A DNA stretch of 64,000 nucleotides, taken from sequence record LC727701.1; one strand, written 5' to 3'. A model generated the notes under the pieces. It was not told the origin of the DNA. It saw only the letters and a list, made by a program, of their open reading frames with translations, and did not search any database. Numbering within the stretch: position 1 is the stretch's first letter; every line of letters begins with the position of its first letter. This document shows, one piece after another, positions 42,269-57,175 of the stretch. The position numbers and the translations under genes are program-made.

Positions 42269-43786
42269 ATGAACTTAAATAAGTTACTTGATAGTTTAGA
42301 AGGTTATGGTGTTGTCGAAGTAAAAGAAAAAGTCGCGAAAGCCAAACTAAAGCACGCTGCTACAGACGACAAGCAAATATCTAAAGAACCAGAAGAAGCT
42401 GCCAAATTAATTGATGAATTACCAAATGATGTAAAAGCAACTAATAATGGGTTAGATGTTGAAGAAGCACATAAACCTAATATCCATTGGAAATCAGATC
42501 GTGGTTTAGTTACTGAAGTTGATTCATTTGGTAAAACATACGTCGCATCAGAAGAATATCCAGCATCACCCCATGATACCCGAGAAAGTCCTGATAATAG
42601 ACCTACACCAGTGGATGGTAAAGATTTAGATAGTGATGATGATCATTTAAATATCTTTGCGTATGATACACCTCCATCTCAAAACATGACATATCAGCTA
42701 AATCAATTACTGCATGCGCGTACTAGTTTAGAATGTTTTATAGATTTATTAAATACCGCTGGTGATAGAGGTATTACTAAACAATCAGCTGCTTTTATGC
42801 ACGTTACATTAGAATCAATTGATAAGCTTATCGGCTTTGAAAAGATTAGTATTGAAGATTTTAATGCAACCCCTAGCAGCGCTATGCGTTTTGTAAATAT
42901 TTCTCAAGAAGAAATAAAAGAACGTATTGAAAGTATAGGTAAAAAGATACTTGCTTTAATAGTCCATGTTATTGAACAAGCTAAAGTAGCGGCACAGCGT
43001 GTACTAACTGGAATCAAATCAGTTGAAGATAAAACTGATGAGTTAATTGAAAAAGCGAAAAGTTTAATCAATAAGCCAACTGTATCAAATGAAAGGGTAA
43101 CACCTGATTTTGATATGTCAATTAAAATTGACAATCCTAAAATGTTATTCATTGGTGATGAATTTGTTTTAGACGATTTAACTAATGAAACAAAAGTTAG
43201 TCAATTTCTAGCTAAAGAATGGCCAAATATAGCTAGATCAAACATTGATAAAGTAGTTAAATTAATTAAAGACTACGACTTAGAAGATAATGAACTAGAT
43301 AAGTTTAAAGAGGCTTTTGAATTTATTGGTGAAGCTAATCAGTTAGATAAAGTAAAAGATACTTCTCTACCTGGTAATAGTAAACTTATATTCCAGAAAG
43401 ATAAATATGCTCCACGACTTGGTGAAGATAAACATGGTGATGGTCCAGATACAATCACGATCGAGCCAAGGCCGCCTGTTGAAGTGCGTAAAACATTAGA
43501 AGTTAATAAAGAAGCTATTCGTCGTTTAGGTGATCTATTTAAAGCTGAAAAAGATGTCCTTGAACAACTGAAGAAGGTTGCACAGGGCATTGAGGACATG
43601 GAGCTACGTAGGTCTAAAGCTATTTGGAAAGGTGCTCGTGATGATGCAAATGAGATTATATCTTTAGTTAATGGCTTTATTACCGATATGTCACCAGAAT
43701 ACGCAACACTAATTAGTTACCTATTACGTATTGCAAAGCAACGAAATGCTGTTTGTAATATGGAATTAGAAAGATATGGCCAATAA
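42269..43786 (+). CDS. Inner-body paralog gp94
   Basis: AGDRGITKQSAAFMH...ISQEE motif. Confidence 0.78.
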   Translation: MNLNKLLDSLEGYGVVEVKEKVAKAKLKHAATDDKQISKEPEEAAKLIDELPNDVKATNNGLDVEEAHKPNIHWKSDRGLVTEVDSFGKTYVASEEYPASPHDTRESPDNRPTPVDGKDLDSDDDHLNIFAYDTPPSQNMTYQLNQLLHARTSLECFIDLLNTAGDRGITKQSAAFMHVTLESIDKLIGFEKISIEDFNATPSSAMRFVNISQEEIKERIESIGKKILALIVHVIEQAKVAAQRVLTGIKSVEDKTDELIEKAKSLINKPTVSNERVTPDFDMSIKIDNPKMLFIGDEFVLDDLTNETKVSQFLAKEWPNIARSNIDKVVKLIKDYDLEDNELDKFKEAFEFIGEANQLDKVKDTSLPGNSKLIFQKDKYAPRLGEDKHGDGPDTITIEPRPPVEVRKTLEVNKEAIRRLGDLFKAEKDVLEQLKKVAQGIEDMELRRSKAIWKGARDDANEIISLVNGFITDMSPEYATLISYLLRIAKQRNAVCNMELERYGQ

Positions 43787-43873
43787 ATATATCTAAGTGT
43801 TCATTTTTATCTAAGTACCTAATTCTATGGTTTATTGTTAAACGCGCGCAAAGAAATTCCTTGAGGAAATAAC

Positions 43874-45517
43874 ATGACATTTAAACTCAATGAGTATCTA
43901 GATAGTCTAGAAGACTATACTGAGGTACCTATTCCTGAAACAGCAGTTGATAAAGTAGCAGCCATGACTAGTGGCGATTGTATTTCTGAAGACGCTGTAC
44001 CTGAAAATACTATTCAAGATGTGACTGACAATAATGTTGGTGTAACACCAACTGCACCAGTGGATGCAGATACCACTATTGTTAATACTCCTAATAATGG
44101 CGTTATTGTTGAGACTCCAGCTGCTACTCTAGTTGAACAACCAGCTGTACCAGTTACCGTAGTTGAAACAGATGTAGTAACAGAAGTACCCCCTATTCCT
44201 GAACAACCTAATATTGCTGTTGAAACAGTTATTCCAGCAGGTGCCGAAGGAGAGGAACCACAAGGTGGTGAAACAGTAACTCAGCAAATCGCTGATCAGG
44301 CTGCCAAAGATAGTTCTATTCCACTAGCGCATAATGGCGTGGTGCCACAGATCGCTGTTGCAGTGGATATGGATAAACCTACTGATTTCATGGACATTGG
44401 TAATGCACAAGTAGTTACTACAGCAGTGCAAGATATTAATCAAGGTCTAAATACCGCATATGCCCTAGAGTCGATTAAAGCTCTTGTTCGACAAGCTGGT
44501 ATTAATGGTATCAGTCAAAGTACAGCTGCATTTATTCATTCTGCACTCTTACCACATCGTCATGTACTTGGTGATAATACTTTAACTAGCTCATTAGAAA
44601 ACTATACGACTGGTGGTAAAAGTCATTTATATCCAGTTAAGATTTCAACTGAGGATATTAAAGAGTTAAGTCGTAAGGCGCTTGCTTATATCAAGAAAGC
44701 TATTGCTAAACTACGTGAAATTATTAGCCACGTATGGGATAGTCTTAAGAATAGTGTACCGCGTGTGAGTGTAAAAGTTGATGAACTCATTTTAGCTATC
44801 CAAAATGCTAAGTTTGAAAATATACCCAGTGAATTAACGGTTCCTGTTAAAAATGGTGGACCCGTATTTGCTAATGGTAAATTCATTCAGCCTTCAGCTA
44901 ACGTTGGATATGGCCCTATCGTTAAATGGATGGCATCTGTATATGCAAAAGACTATGCTACCTACCTAACGAATATTGGTACTGTGCTTAAAGCTTGGGA
45001 TCCAGAGCGTAATGATGCTAGTGAACTAGTTGAGAAGATGGACAAACTTCAAGATGGCCCTCTCAAACACTACGCTAGTACATCTAACACTTTACCGGGT
45101 AATAAGCTTGTAACTACGACTGCTACTCAAGTATATCTAACGGATGATGTGACAGCCGCAGAACCTGGCACTGAAGTGACTTTAAAGAACTTTGATAAGA
45201 GTCAAGCTAAGAAAGAAGCGGTAGCTCTACGTAATCTGGTTGATGATGCAGCTGATGTTATCACTGGCGGTCGGAATATTGTTAAAGCCATTAAGCAACT
45301 TGAAGATGATGTTGATCAACTTTCACGGAAACTAGAGAGCGATAAAATCGACGATGTTTCTAAAGAACAGATCGAAGAAGTATCACGTAAGGTAGCATCT
45401 ATTATTACAGATAGTGCACCTAAACATGACTCCATTATTCGTGAAGCAATGCGTTACGCAAATACTGCAACTGGACTTTATAATAGTGTAATTAACACTA
45501 AATTCCAAGCAGAATAA
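43874..45517 (+). CDS. Inner-body protein gp95
   Basis: Long acidic P/V/T-rich propeptide; AGINGISQSTAAFIH...ISTED motif. Confidence 0.78.
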   Translation: MTFKLNEYLDSLEDYTEVPIPETAVDKVAAMTSGDCISEDAVPENTIQDVTDNNVGVTPTAPVDADTTIVNTPNNGVIVETPAATLVEQPAVPVTVVETDVVTEVPPIPEQPNIAVETVIPAGAEGEEPQGGETVTQQIADQAAKDSSIPLAHNGVVPQIAVAVDMDKPTDFMDIGNAQVVTTAVQDINQGLNTAYALESIKALVRQAGINGISQSTAAFIHSALLPHRHVLGDNTLTSSLENYTTGGKSHLYPVKISTEDIKELSRKALAYIKKAIAKLREIISHVWDSLKNSVPRVSVKVDELILAIQNAKFENIPSELTVPVKNGGPVFANGKFIQPSANVGYGPIVKWMASVYAKDYATYLTNIGTVLKAWDPERNDASELVEKMDKLQDGPLKHYASTSNTLPGNKLVTTTATQVYLTDDVTAAEPGTEVTLKNFDKSQAKKEAVALRNLVDDAADVITGGRNIVKAIKQLEDDVDQLSRKLESDKIDDVSKEQIEEVSRKVASIITDSAPKHDSIIREAMRYANTATGLYNSVINTKFQAE

Positions 45518-45578
45518 TGATAAGTGACGACATATCGACGGGGCTCGGAAGAGTCCCGTCTTATGTTAGGAGTTAGCA

Positions 45579-46694
45579 ATGGAATTAATTGATATTTATA
45601 AAGATACTCCAGATGAAATGATTATTGATCTTGATGAACCTAAAAGACTTGCAGATTTATTATCAGGCGATGAAGCGTTAGCTAGGCGAGTGATGGATCT
45701 ATTAGGCGGTATGGAAGATTATAATCAGATCCAAGGGGTTATCAAAGAATTAGAGGATGTTGTATCTACTGAAGATATTAGTGATACTATTAAACATGTT
45801 ATTGATCGAGTTATAAAACTATTTGTTACCACTATTGAGAAACTGATGGATAGTGGAGTAGTGCTAGCAGCTACTGCTGAATATGTTGCAATTCGAGCAG
45901 AAAACTTACGAGTTAACAGTCGTGCTAGAACTCGTAAAAATAAGAATCCTACATTTCTAATTACAACTCGTATTCAGAACTTAAGTGTTAGATATAAACC
46001 TATTACCAATAGTGCTAATTTGTTATCTCACTTACGCGTATTGGAGACAGTAGTTGATGGGTATATCAATGGATTAGACAATGTGATTCTAAGGCCAGCT
46101 AATATCATACCTTCGTATATGAATCCAAATGCTAGTCCAGATGCTTTAGCAGAACTACTATTAAATAGTGCCCCAACTAAAATAACCACACCATCTGTTT
46201 ATCGCGATCAAGGTAATCGATTTGTATCATTGCATTTGCTAGGTAATCATCAAATTGTAATTAACTATAATCCCGATAAGAATGCAAGTGCTTATGATCA
46301 GTGTAGGGATATTTCTTCACGGTTAGTTCCATCTGAAGAAACCCCTAGACCACTACCAGTCGAAATAGAATTTGAACATTTCAACCATCAAGTTACTGAA
46401 AGTATTATTGATCGAGTTGTTAAGGTAGTTGATAAGATCAATCGTGCAAATGCTGCATCAATGCGTACTCGTCGAAATGAACGGTTAAGGACTCTTAAAG
46501 GTGCATTAATCAGGTTTAGAGATGAACTAACACGTGCTCGTAATGAAGGGCGACCTGATAGAGAAATACAAGAACTTGTTTCATTGGTAGAAACATATGT
46601 TGATTGGTTGGCTATTCCTTATCACGACCTATTTAAATTAACATGTCGTAATTTGACTGCCATACTCAATGTATGCGATGAAAATCTAAAGTAA
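45579..46694 (+). CDS. Inner-body paralog gp96
   Basis: VSTED site; assigned by synteny. Confidence 0.72.
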   Translation: MELIDIYKDTPDEMIIDLDEPKRLADLLSGDEALARRVMDLLGGMEDYNQIQGVIKELEDVVSTEDISDTIKHVIDRVIKLFVTTIEKLMDSGVVLAATAEYVAIRAENLRVNSRARTRKNKNPTFLITTRIQNLSVRYKPITNSANLLSHLRVLETVVDGYINGLDNVILRPANIIPSYMNPNASPDALAELLLNSAPTKITTPSVYRDQGNRFVSLHLLGNHQIVINYNPDKNASAYDQCRDISSRLVPSEETPRPLPVEIEFEHFNHQVTESIIDRVVKVVDKINRANAASMRTRRNERLRTLKGALIRFRDELTRARNEGRPDREIQELVSLVETYVDWLAIPYHDLFKLTCRNLTAILNVCDENLK

Positions 46695-46793
46695 GATTCC
46701 AGCGCAATATTTTGAATGTTAACGTTCGTCGCTTGGAGTTATGACTAAGACGAATAGCATAACTCATAAACTCTGTACAGAAGGTATATTAAC

Positions 46794-49244
46794 ATGATGG
46801 TAAATATTCACAAATATGTAGCCAGCCTTGAGAACCAAGATGGTACGGCTGTGGAACAGGATGTATCCAAAGTCGAGACATCTGTTAAAGATGATCATGA
46901 ACTAGTTCAAGATTTAAAGAAAGATAATGATGCATCTGCAACTATTGAGAATGAAACTGTTAAAACAGATACTGATATTATCTCTGCTGAAGAACATGAA
47001 GAAACAGCACATGCTGCTGATAAGTCAGCAGTAATTGTTGAAGAAGTTGTACCAGAAGAAACTGTTGTTGAGGAAAGTATTCCTGAACCGCTAGCTACCA
47101 CTAGTGTCGAAGAAGGCGAAGAAGCAGTTAAAGTTGCTGAAGCTGAAATCGCTGAAGAAATCGGTACAATTTCTGAAGGCGGTAAAGAGGTTTTAGATTC
47201 AACCACTGAAATTATTGAAGCTGCACAAGATGCGGCTGATGATACTGAACTAGTACCTGTTGCAGAAGCACCTGGTGAAACAGCAGTGGAATTAACCCCC
47301 ACTGAAGAAACCCCACTTGGTGACGAAACTCCACCGCCTGCACCACTATCTGAGGAACTTCCAGCTGGTGATGAACCTGTTTCATCAACCATGGATACAC
47401 TACCAGATGAAGTGTTAGATGCTGGTGAAGTTGTAAGTGAAGCAGTCCCTGGTATTGATGACGATGTAACTCCTGAAGAAGCCGGTGCTGAGCAAACAAC
47501 TGCTGATGAAAGTTCCAATGATGAACCTGAGACAGAGATCACTGAAACAGAAGAAGTCGAAATTACTGAACCAGCTGTAGCTGATGCTGAAACAGAAGTT
47601 GTTGAAACCGTAGAAGATACGCCGGATACAACTGATAGTGAAGTAGCTGAAGTAGTAGAGGCGGAATCTGAAAGTGTTCCTGCTGAAGCTGAACCAGATG
47701 AAATCGTAGCAGTTGATGAAGAAGTAGCTGTAACTGATCCAATTGTAGAAGAAGCTGCCGAAACAGCAGAAGTAGCTGAAGAAGGCTTAAGCGAATTGGA
47801 AGAAGTTCGGGATGAAGCTGAAGAAGAATTAACTAATGATGACAGTGATTCTACTGATGTATTAATCAATGAAGCTGAAACTGAAGAAACAGTTGCTGAA
47901 ACCGAAACGGCATCTACTATTTCCGAACCAACAATTGAAGAAGGTGCTGTTGAAGACGACAGTGAAACAATTGTTGCAGAAACAGATGATGACGTTTCAG
48001 AAGATGACATCGAAGAAAAGTTAGCTGAAGGTGAAATTGACATCCCGGATGTTGACGTAGAAGTAACTGAAGATGATGTTGAAGAAGCTGACGAGACTGC
48101 TGATGAGGCAGTTGAAGAAGCCGATAAGCTTGAAGATGACATTGAAGATGGTAAGAAAACCATTGGTCAATTACTTGAAGAGCAGGCATCAAATGAATCC
48201 ATGCTTGAGATTCTACATTATGGCCTAGAACATAAGCAATATAGTCCTCAGTTCATCGTACATGCTAATAGCTGTTTAGAACGCCTGCATAACGCCTTTG
48301 ATGTCTATTCACCTGGTGTTCCAGCAATGGAAGATTATGGTTATGGTAATCTAGAAGATTACTATAAGGCGATGGTTACTTCGCTAGAATCATTTAATAG
48401 CACTATTGGTAAGTTTGTTCGAAATATTATCGACAACATTGCTGAAGGTGCAAATGCATCCATCCATGTTAAAGCTAACCAAAAAGAACTAGCCGCAGCT
48501 AATACTAAAGCTGACCAACTTCTAGTTAAGCTTAAAGATACTGATAATTTTGAAAATAAAGAAATCAAAATTAATGGTATTCTAAAAGGTGATGATAATC
48601 TAGTACGCGGTGTTGCTGGAGAAGTTCGTCGTATTAGCGATATTATTAACAAATGCTTCAAAATCGATGGTGAATACATCGAACGTTTAGTTGGTCACCT
48701 ATCAACTGCTATTGAAGCTGATAGTGAAGAAGCTATTGATAAGGCTCTAGAAGAAGCAACTAAATTAGAAGTACCTGTTAAGAAATATCCTGAGAGTTCA
48801 TTTATCAGTGGAAAACTAGAAGGTAGTTTTACCTTCGAGAAGTCTGGCCGTGATGTAACTGGTCGCACTAGTAAAGATATTGAACGATTAGCTGCTATTG
48901 CACTTCCAACTGGTGAATGGGGTGCTACCGGTACTGCTACTGCTAAAGTTAGCCGTAAGGACGTTACTGAACTAATGAAACTTTCTAAAGTTCTAATTGG
49001 TCTTGGTAATGCCTCTCTAAAAGTTAGCGGTAACCGCGGTGTACGTCGTCTTGACCAAGCTAACCGTGATATCTCTAAAGTGGCTAGCATGGATAGTAAA
49101 GCCGGTAAAAAGAAAGTCCGGCAACTAGCTAGTGCAGTATGGGAAGTTGTTGGCCAATCGGCTGAAAACCACACCGTTCTAGTTGATTACATTGTAGCTC
49201 TTACCAATGCAATTAACACTGCTGTGAATCGTGCCATTAAGTAA
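46794..49244 (+). CDS. Inner-body protein gp97 with a very long E/D-rich propeptide
   Basis: 816 aa; roughly the first 460 aa are E/D/A/T/V-rich; SLE, AME and SLE sites. Confidence 0.8.
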   Translation: MMVNIHKYVASLENQDGTAVEQDVSKVETSVKDDHELVQDLKKDNDASATIENETVKTDTDIISAEEHEETAHAADKSAVIVEEVVPEETVVEESIPEPLATTSVEEGEEAVKVAEAEIAEEIGTISEGGKEVLDSTTEIIEAAQDAADDTELVPVAEAPGETAVELTPTEETPLGDETPPPAPLSEELPAGDEPVSSTMDTLPDEVLDAGEVVSEAVPGIDDDVTPEEAGAEQTTADESSNDEPETEITETEEVEITEPAVADAETEVVETVEDTPDTTDSEVAEVVEAESESVPAEAEPDEIVAVDEEVAVTDPIVEEAAETAEVAEEGLSELEEVRDEAEEELTNDDSDSTDVLINEAETEETVAETETASTISEPTIEEGAVEDDSETIVAETDDDVSEDDIEEKLAEGEIDIPDVDVEVTEDDVEEADETADEAVEEADKLEDDIEDGKKTIGQLLEEQASNESMLEILHYGLEHKQYSPQFIVHANSCLERLHNAFDVYSPGVPAMEDYGYGNLEDYYKAMVTSLESFNSTIGKFVRNIIDNIAEGANASIHVKANQKELAAANTKADQLLVKLKDTDNFENKEIKINGILKGDDNLVRGVAGEVRRISDIINKCFKIDGEYIERLVGHLSTAIEADSEEAIDKALEEATKLEVPVKKYPESSFISGKLEGSFTFEKSGRDVTGRTSKDIERLAAIALPTGEWGATGTATAKVSRKDVTELMKLSKVLIGLGNASLKVSGNRGVRRLDQANRDISKVASMDSKAGKKKVRQLASAVWEVVGQSAENHTVLVDYIVALTNAINTAVNRAIK

Positions 49245-49254
49245 CAAACATAAC

Positions 49255-49281
49255 GGGGAGCCTTCATGGCTCCCTTTTATG
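49255..49281 (+). terminator. Terminator-like hairpin after gp97
   Basis: GGGAGCC-TTCAT-GGCTCCC-TTTT. Confidence 0.7.
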
Positions 49282-49309
49282 CTGTTAGACCATGATCTTA
49301 TGATCTTAA

Positions 49310-52365
<3,056 letters not shown>

Positions 52366-52369
52366 TACC

Positions 52370-54335
<1,966 letters not shown>

Positions 54336-54359
54336 GTGGAGGGTTTATTTAGGTGTATT

Positions 54360-54782
54360 ATGGAACAACTATTTATACGAGTTGATGTGAGGTGGTCACA
54401 ACAATTCTTTTCTGAATTAAAACAATACTTTAATTATACCGCAAAAGATGAAGATGATCTTAACTACTTGATCATTCTTTATATTAAAGAACGACATAAT
54501 TTCTTTTGGACATGTGTTCCAGATAGATACAATGATGTAATGTGTAGTTTCTATAAATCAATTTGTGGTTATCCAATAAATCCTAATATCATTGCAAATA
54601 GATTTGATCAACTCTATCGTGAGATTATGAATAGCTTATTACAAATAAAAGGTATTATCAAAGATATAGTTGCTGTTAAAACAAAAGAAGGGGATATCGA
54701 GGGATTCATTATACATTCTGAATCACTACCTAGGTCCTATCCAAGACCTACTAATTGGAAAGGTGTATTTGAAAGATCTTAA
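54360..54782 (+). CDS. Hypothetical protein gp102
   Basis: ORF 54336-54782; ATG 54360 preferred because of the AGGTG RBS. Confidence 0.65.
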   Translation: MEQLFIRVDVRWSQQFFSELKQYFNYTAKDEDDLNYLIILYIKERHNFFWTCVPDRYNDVMCSFYKSICGYPINPNIIANRFDQLYREIMNSLLQIKGIIKDIVAVKTKEGDIEGFIIHSESLPRSYPRPTNWKGVFERS

Positions 54783-54786
54783 ACAG

Positions 54787-54794
54787 TATATTAC
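54787..54794 (+). promoter_or_regulatory. Early promoter TATATTAC
   Basis: TTAAACAG-TATATTAC. Confidence 0.75.
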
Positions 54795-54821
54795 ACATAT
54801 GAACTAATGTGGAGTATATAC

Positions 54822-54947
54822 ATGGAAAACATCCCTTTAAATAAACCTAAACAACCGGTAGTACCTGAAACATGGATAAAACTTCATCATGTGGTCGTGT
54901 TATTCATTCTCTCACTAATAGGAACTTTAATCTTCAATGGTATTTAG
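54822..54947 (+). CDS. 41-aa single-TM peptide (not in ORF track)
   Basis: GGAG RBS; MENIPLNKPKQPVVPETWIKLHHVVVLFILSLIGTLIFNGI. Confidence 0.65.
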   Translation: MENIPLNKPKQPVVPETWIKLHHVVVLFILSLIGTLIFNGI

Positions 54948-54955
54948 GAGGACAT

Positions 54956-55348
54956 ATGTCATTTATAATTGCTATATGTCTAGCAGTAATGGTAATAGGT
55001 ATTTTTACTATTGGATCTAAAGTTAGAGCTTTATGGTATCTTATAAATGGTAAAACTTTAAATGAGCATAAGAAATGGCGCGCAGACTTCAATGAAGTAA
55101 TTCAATGGCTTCATGAAGGTGCTTTCTTTACTAAATCAGGTTTATTTAAAGATCAAGCTATCTCGATTAGATTGTGTGAGCTATCGCGCAGTAAGAAATT
55201 ATTCCCAATGCTACGGCGTTCTAAGTTCGAAGTTATAACTGCTAAGGTATTTAGGGAAATAACTGGTGAGCCTTCAGAGTATAATTATTACTTGAAATTT
55301 AATAAGGCTTATATTGGCTTCTACAACGCTAATCCAGAAATCCAATAA
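54956..55348 (+). CDS. N-terminally membrane-anchored hypothetical protein gp103
   Basis: GGAGG RBS before ATG 54956; hydrophobic N-terminus. Confidence 0.7.
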   Translation: MSFIIAICLAVMVIGIFTIGSKVRALWYLINGKTLNEHKKWRADFNEVIQWLHEGAFFTKSGLFKDQAISIRLCELSRSKKLFPMLRRSKFEVITAKVFREITGEPSEYNYYLKFNKAYIGFYNANPEIQ

Positions 55349-55428
55349 GCCTGGAAATGCACCCAATCTAATGAGAAGGTCTATGTTTTGATCTTCTCAT
55401 TAGTACTCTTGTAGAAGGAGCCATTATC

Positions 55429-55917
55429 ATGGCTGAATTTATTATAGGTAAAGATATATTCAATGTACCTGGTGATCTTTATCTAATCACTGTTAATGTT
55501 GTTGGCGTCATGGGCGCTGGTTTAGCCAAATCGTTTAAAGAAAAGTATCCTGAACTTTTTGAAAGATACAAACACGATTGCAAAAAGAGAATTATTACTA
55601 TTGGTAATCCGGTTATTTACAAAGCATCCGATGGTAAACGTTTCATGATGTTTCCTACTAAGGATAACTGGCGGAACCCATCTCAAATTAGTTTCATTGA
55701 ACGTGGTCTAGAGTGGATGATGGAGAACGTATCGGATTCTGCGGAAAATGAAGAAGACTGTATTCATCCAGATTGGAAAATTATCATACCACCTCTAGGG
55801 TGTGCTAATGGTGGATTAGATTTCTCTGATGTTAGAACTATCATTGAAGATTGGTCTAATCACATGCCTAACCAGATTGTGGTTGTTTATCCACCGTGGA
55901 TAGATTCATCGGTTTAA
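55429..55917 (+). CDS. Macrodomain ADP-ribose hydrolase, DarG/TARG1(Poa1)-like (gp104)
   Basis: GKDIF, TVNVVGVMGAGLAKSFKEKYP, FPTKDNWRNPS and PPLGCANGGLDF motifs. Confidence 0.88.
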   Translation: MAEFIIGKDIFNVPGDLYLITVNVVGVMGAGLAKSFKEKYPELFERYKHDCKKRIITIGNPVIYKASDGKRFMMFPTKDNWRNPSQISFIERGLEWMMENVSDSAENEEDCIHPDWKIIIPPLGCANGGLDFSDVRTIIEDWSNHMPNQIVVVYPPWIDSSV

Positions 55918-55921
55918 CATT

Positions 55922-55948
55922 GGCCTTCCCTCAGGGGAAGGCTTTATG
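55922..55948 (+). terminator. Terminator-like hairpin after the macrodomain gene
   Basis: GCCTTCCC-TCAG-GGGAAGGC-TTTATG. Confidence 0.65.
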
Positions 55949-55974
55949 TCGTATATTCAAACCATTTTAAACAG

Positions 55975-55982
55975 TATATTAC
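55975..55982 (+). promoter_or_regulatory. Early promoter TATATTAC
   Basis: TTTTAAACAG-TATATTAC-ATTTGTGA heading the accessory operon. Confidence 0.78.
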
Positions 55983-56040
55983 ATTTGTGACAATACTGTA
56001 AACATTATCATACAACTTAATGTAAATAGGTGGAAATAAA

Positions 56041-56487
56041 ATGGCAAAGACTAAAAAGCAGAAAGTGCAAGAGGCGATTACTCGTAAATTGATCAAGTTC
56101 TATAGTGATACATTTCCGGAGTTGATGAAAGCTATTGAAAACTGTGATAGCAGTGGCGAAGAGCATAACCTCCACAATGTATTTGATAATTATAAGAAAA
56201 CCATTAAAATGGCAGAAGAAGCCAAGGTTGACCTTAGTCTTTATGGAGTAAATTTAATTGACAAGGATACATACACGAGTCTTTTGTGGTTTATCGAAGG
56301 TTGCTATGTATGGGACATGATTAAAAAACTTAACAAAGCAAAATATGACAATGTTCCTGAACTGGCCAGAATTACACAATGGGATGAACTGGATGACGCA
56401 AAGAAACTTCAATTCAATAAAAGTCGAGATTACATCATCAAACGACTGAAAGAAGTAACGACTTGTGAACATTTCAGAAACTATTAA
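56041..56487 (+). CDS. Early hypothetical protein
   Basis: 148 aa with AATAGG leader. Confidence 0.7.
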   Translation: MAKTKKQKVQEAITRKLIKFYSDTFPELMKAIENCDSSGEEHNLHNVFDNYKKTIKMAEEAKVDLSLYGVNLIDKDTYTSLLWFIEGCYVWDMIKKLNKAKYDNVPELARITQWDELDDAKKLQFNKSRDYIIKRLKEVTTCEHFRNY

Positions 56488-56521
56488 ATAGTTTTAATAT
56501 TAGTAAATAGGAATATTTATT

Positions 56522-56860
56522 ATGAAATTCAATACGATTGCAAAAGGTGTATCTTTTCTTCTGGCCACTGCATCACTGGCTGGAACTGGGTATGTTATCT
56601 ACAAGAAGGCTAAAGAGACTAAAGCCAACTTTGACAAACTCATGGGTTTCAGGGATCAGTTTAAAAGTATTTCAAAAGAGTATGGTGAATCAGATGAGTT
56701 CATGATGTTCGTCAATGCTGCAATGACTGAGACAATGGATAGTGCTGTTGCTGAGAGCAATATTGAAAAACATCGACTGGATGTAATTCGTAATAAGCTG
56801 TCGATCATTTATGGCGATGACTATACGAATCAAGTATTCGATACAGTTCGTAAGATGTAA
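56522..56860 (+). CDS. Early protein with an N-terminal membrane anchor
   Basis: GVSFLLATASLAGTGYVIYKK. Confidence 0.7.
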   Translation: MKFNTIAKGVSFLLATASLAGTGYVIYKKAKETKANFDKLMGFRDQFKSISKEYGESDEFMMFVNAAMTETMDSAVAESNIEKHRLDVIRNKLSIIYGDDYTNQVFDTVRKM

Positions 56861-56968
56861 AAATGGATAGGGCCTCACTGAGGCCCCATTCAAATATAAT
56901 TACGATAATAAAATTATATTTGAATGAGTTTGTTAAACCTTCAATTAATCGTAAAAAGGAAAATACAA

Positions 56969-57130
56969 ATGAATATTGATAAAGTTAAACTTCAAAAACT
57001 TATCGCGGATGTGCCCGAGGCACCTAAACATAAGAAGATTAAAAACGTCATCACCAAATATGCGGAGATAGCACTAGGAGTATATGTTGGTATTATAATA
57101 GCTAAACGTGTTCTAAATATCAAGTTTTAA
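56969..57130 (+). CDS. Small early protein with a C-terminal TM helix
   Basis: AAGGA RBS; IALGVYVGIIIAKR. Confidence 0.65.
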   Translation: MNIDKVKLQKLIADVPEAPKHKKIKNVITKYAEIALGVYVGIIIAKRVLNIKF

Positions 57131-57175
57131 TATAATCAAAATAAATCTACATTCATTAACTAATAGGATATTATC

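Noticed and set aside
46907-48163. 418-aa Ser/Thr-rich minus-strand ORF
   Set aside because: It is the antisense shadow of the GAA/GAT/ACT/GCT-rich acidic region of gp97, with no RBS or independent signal.
54336-54359. GTG-extended N-terminus of gp102
   Set aside because: It overlaps the hairpin at 54322-54346; ATG 54360 has the better RBS.
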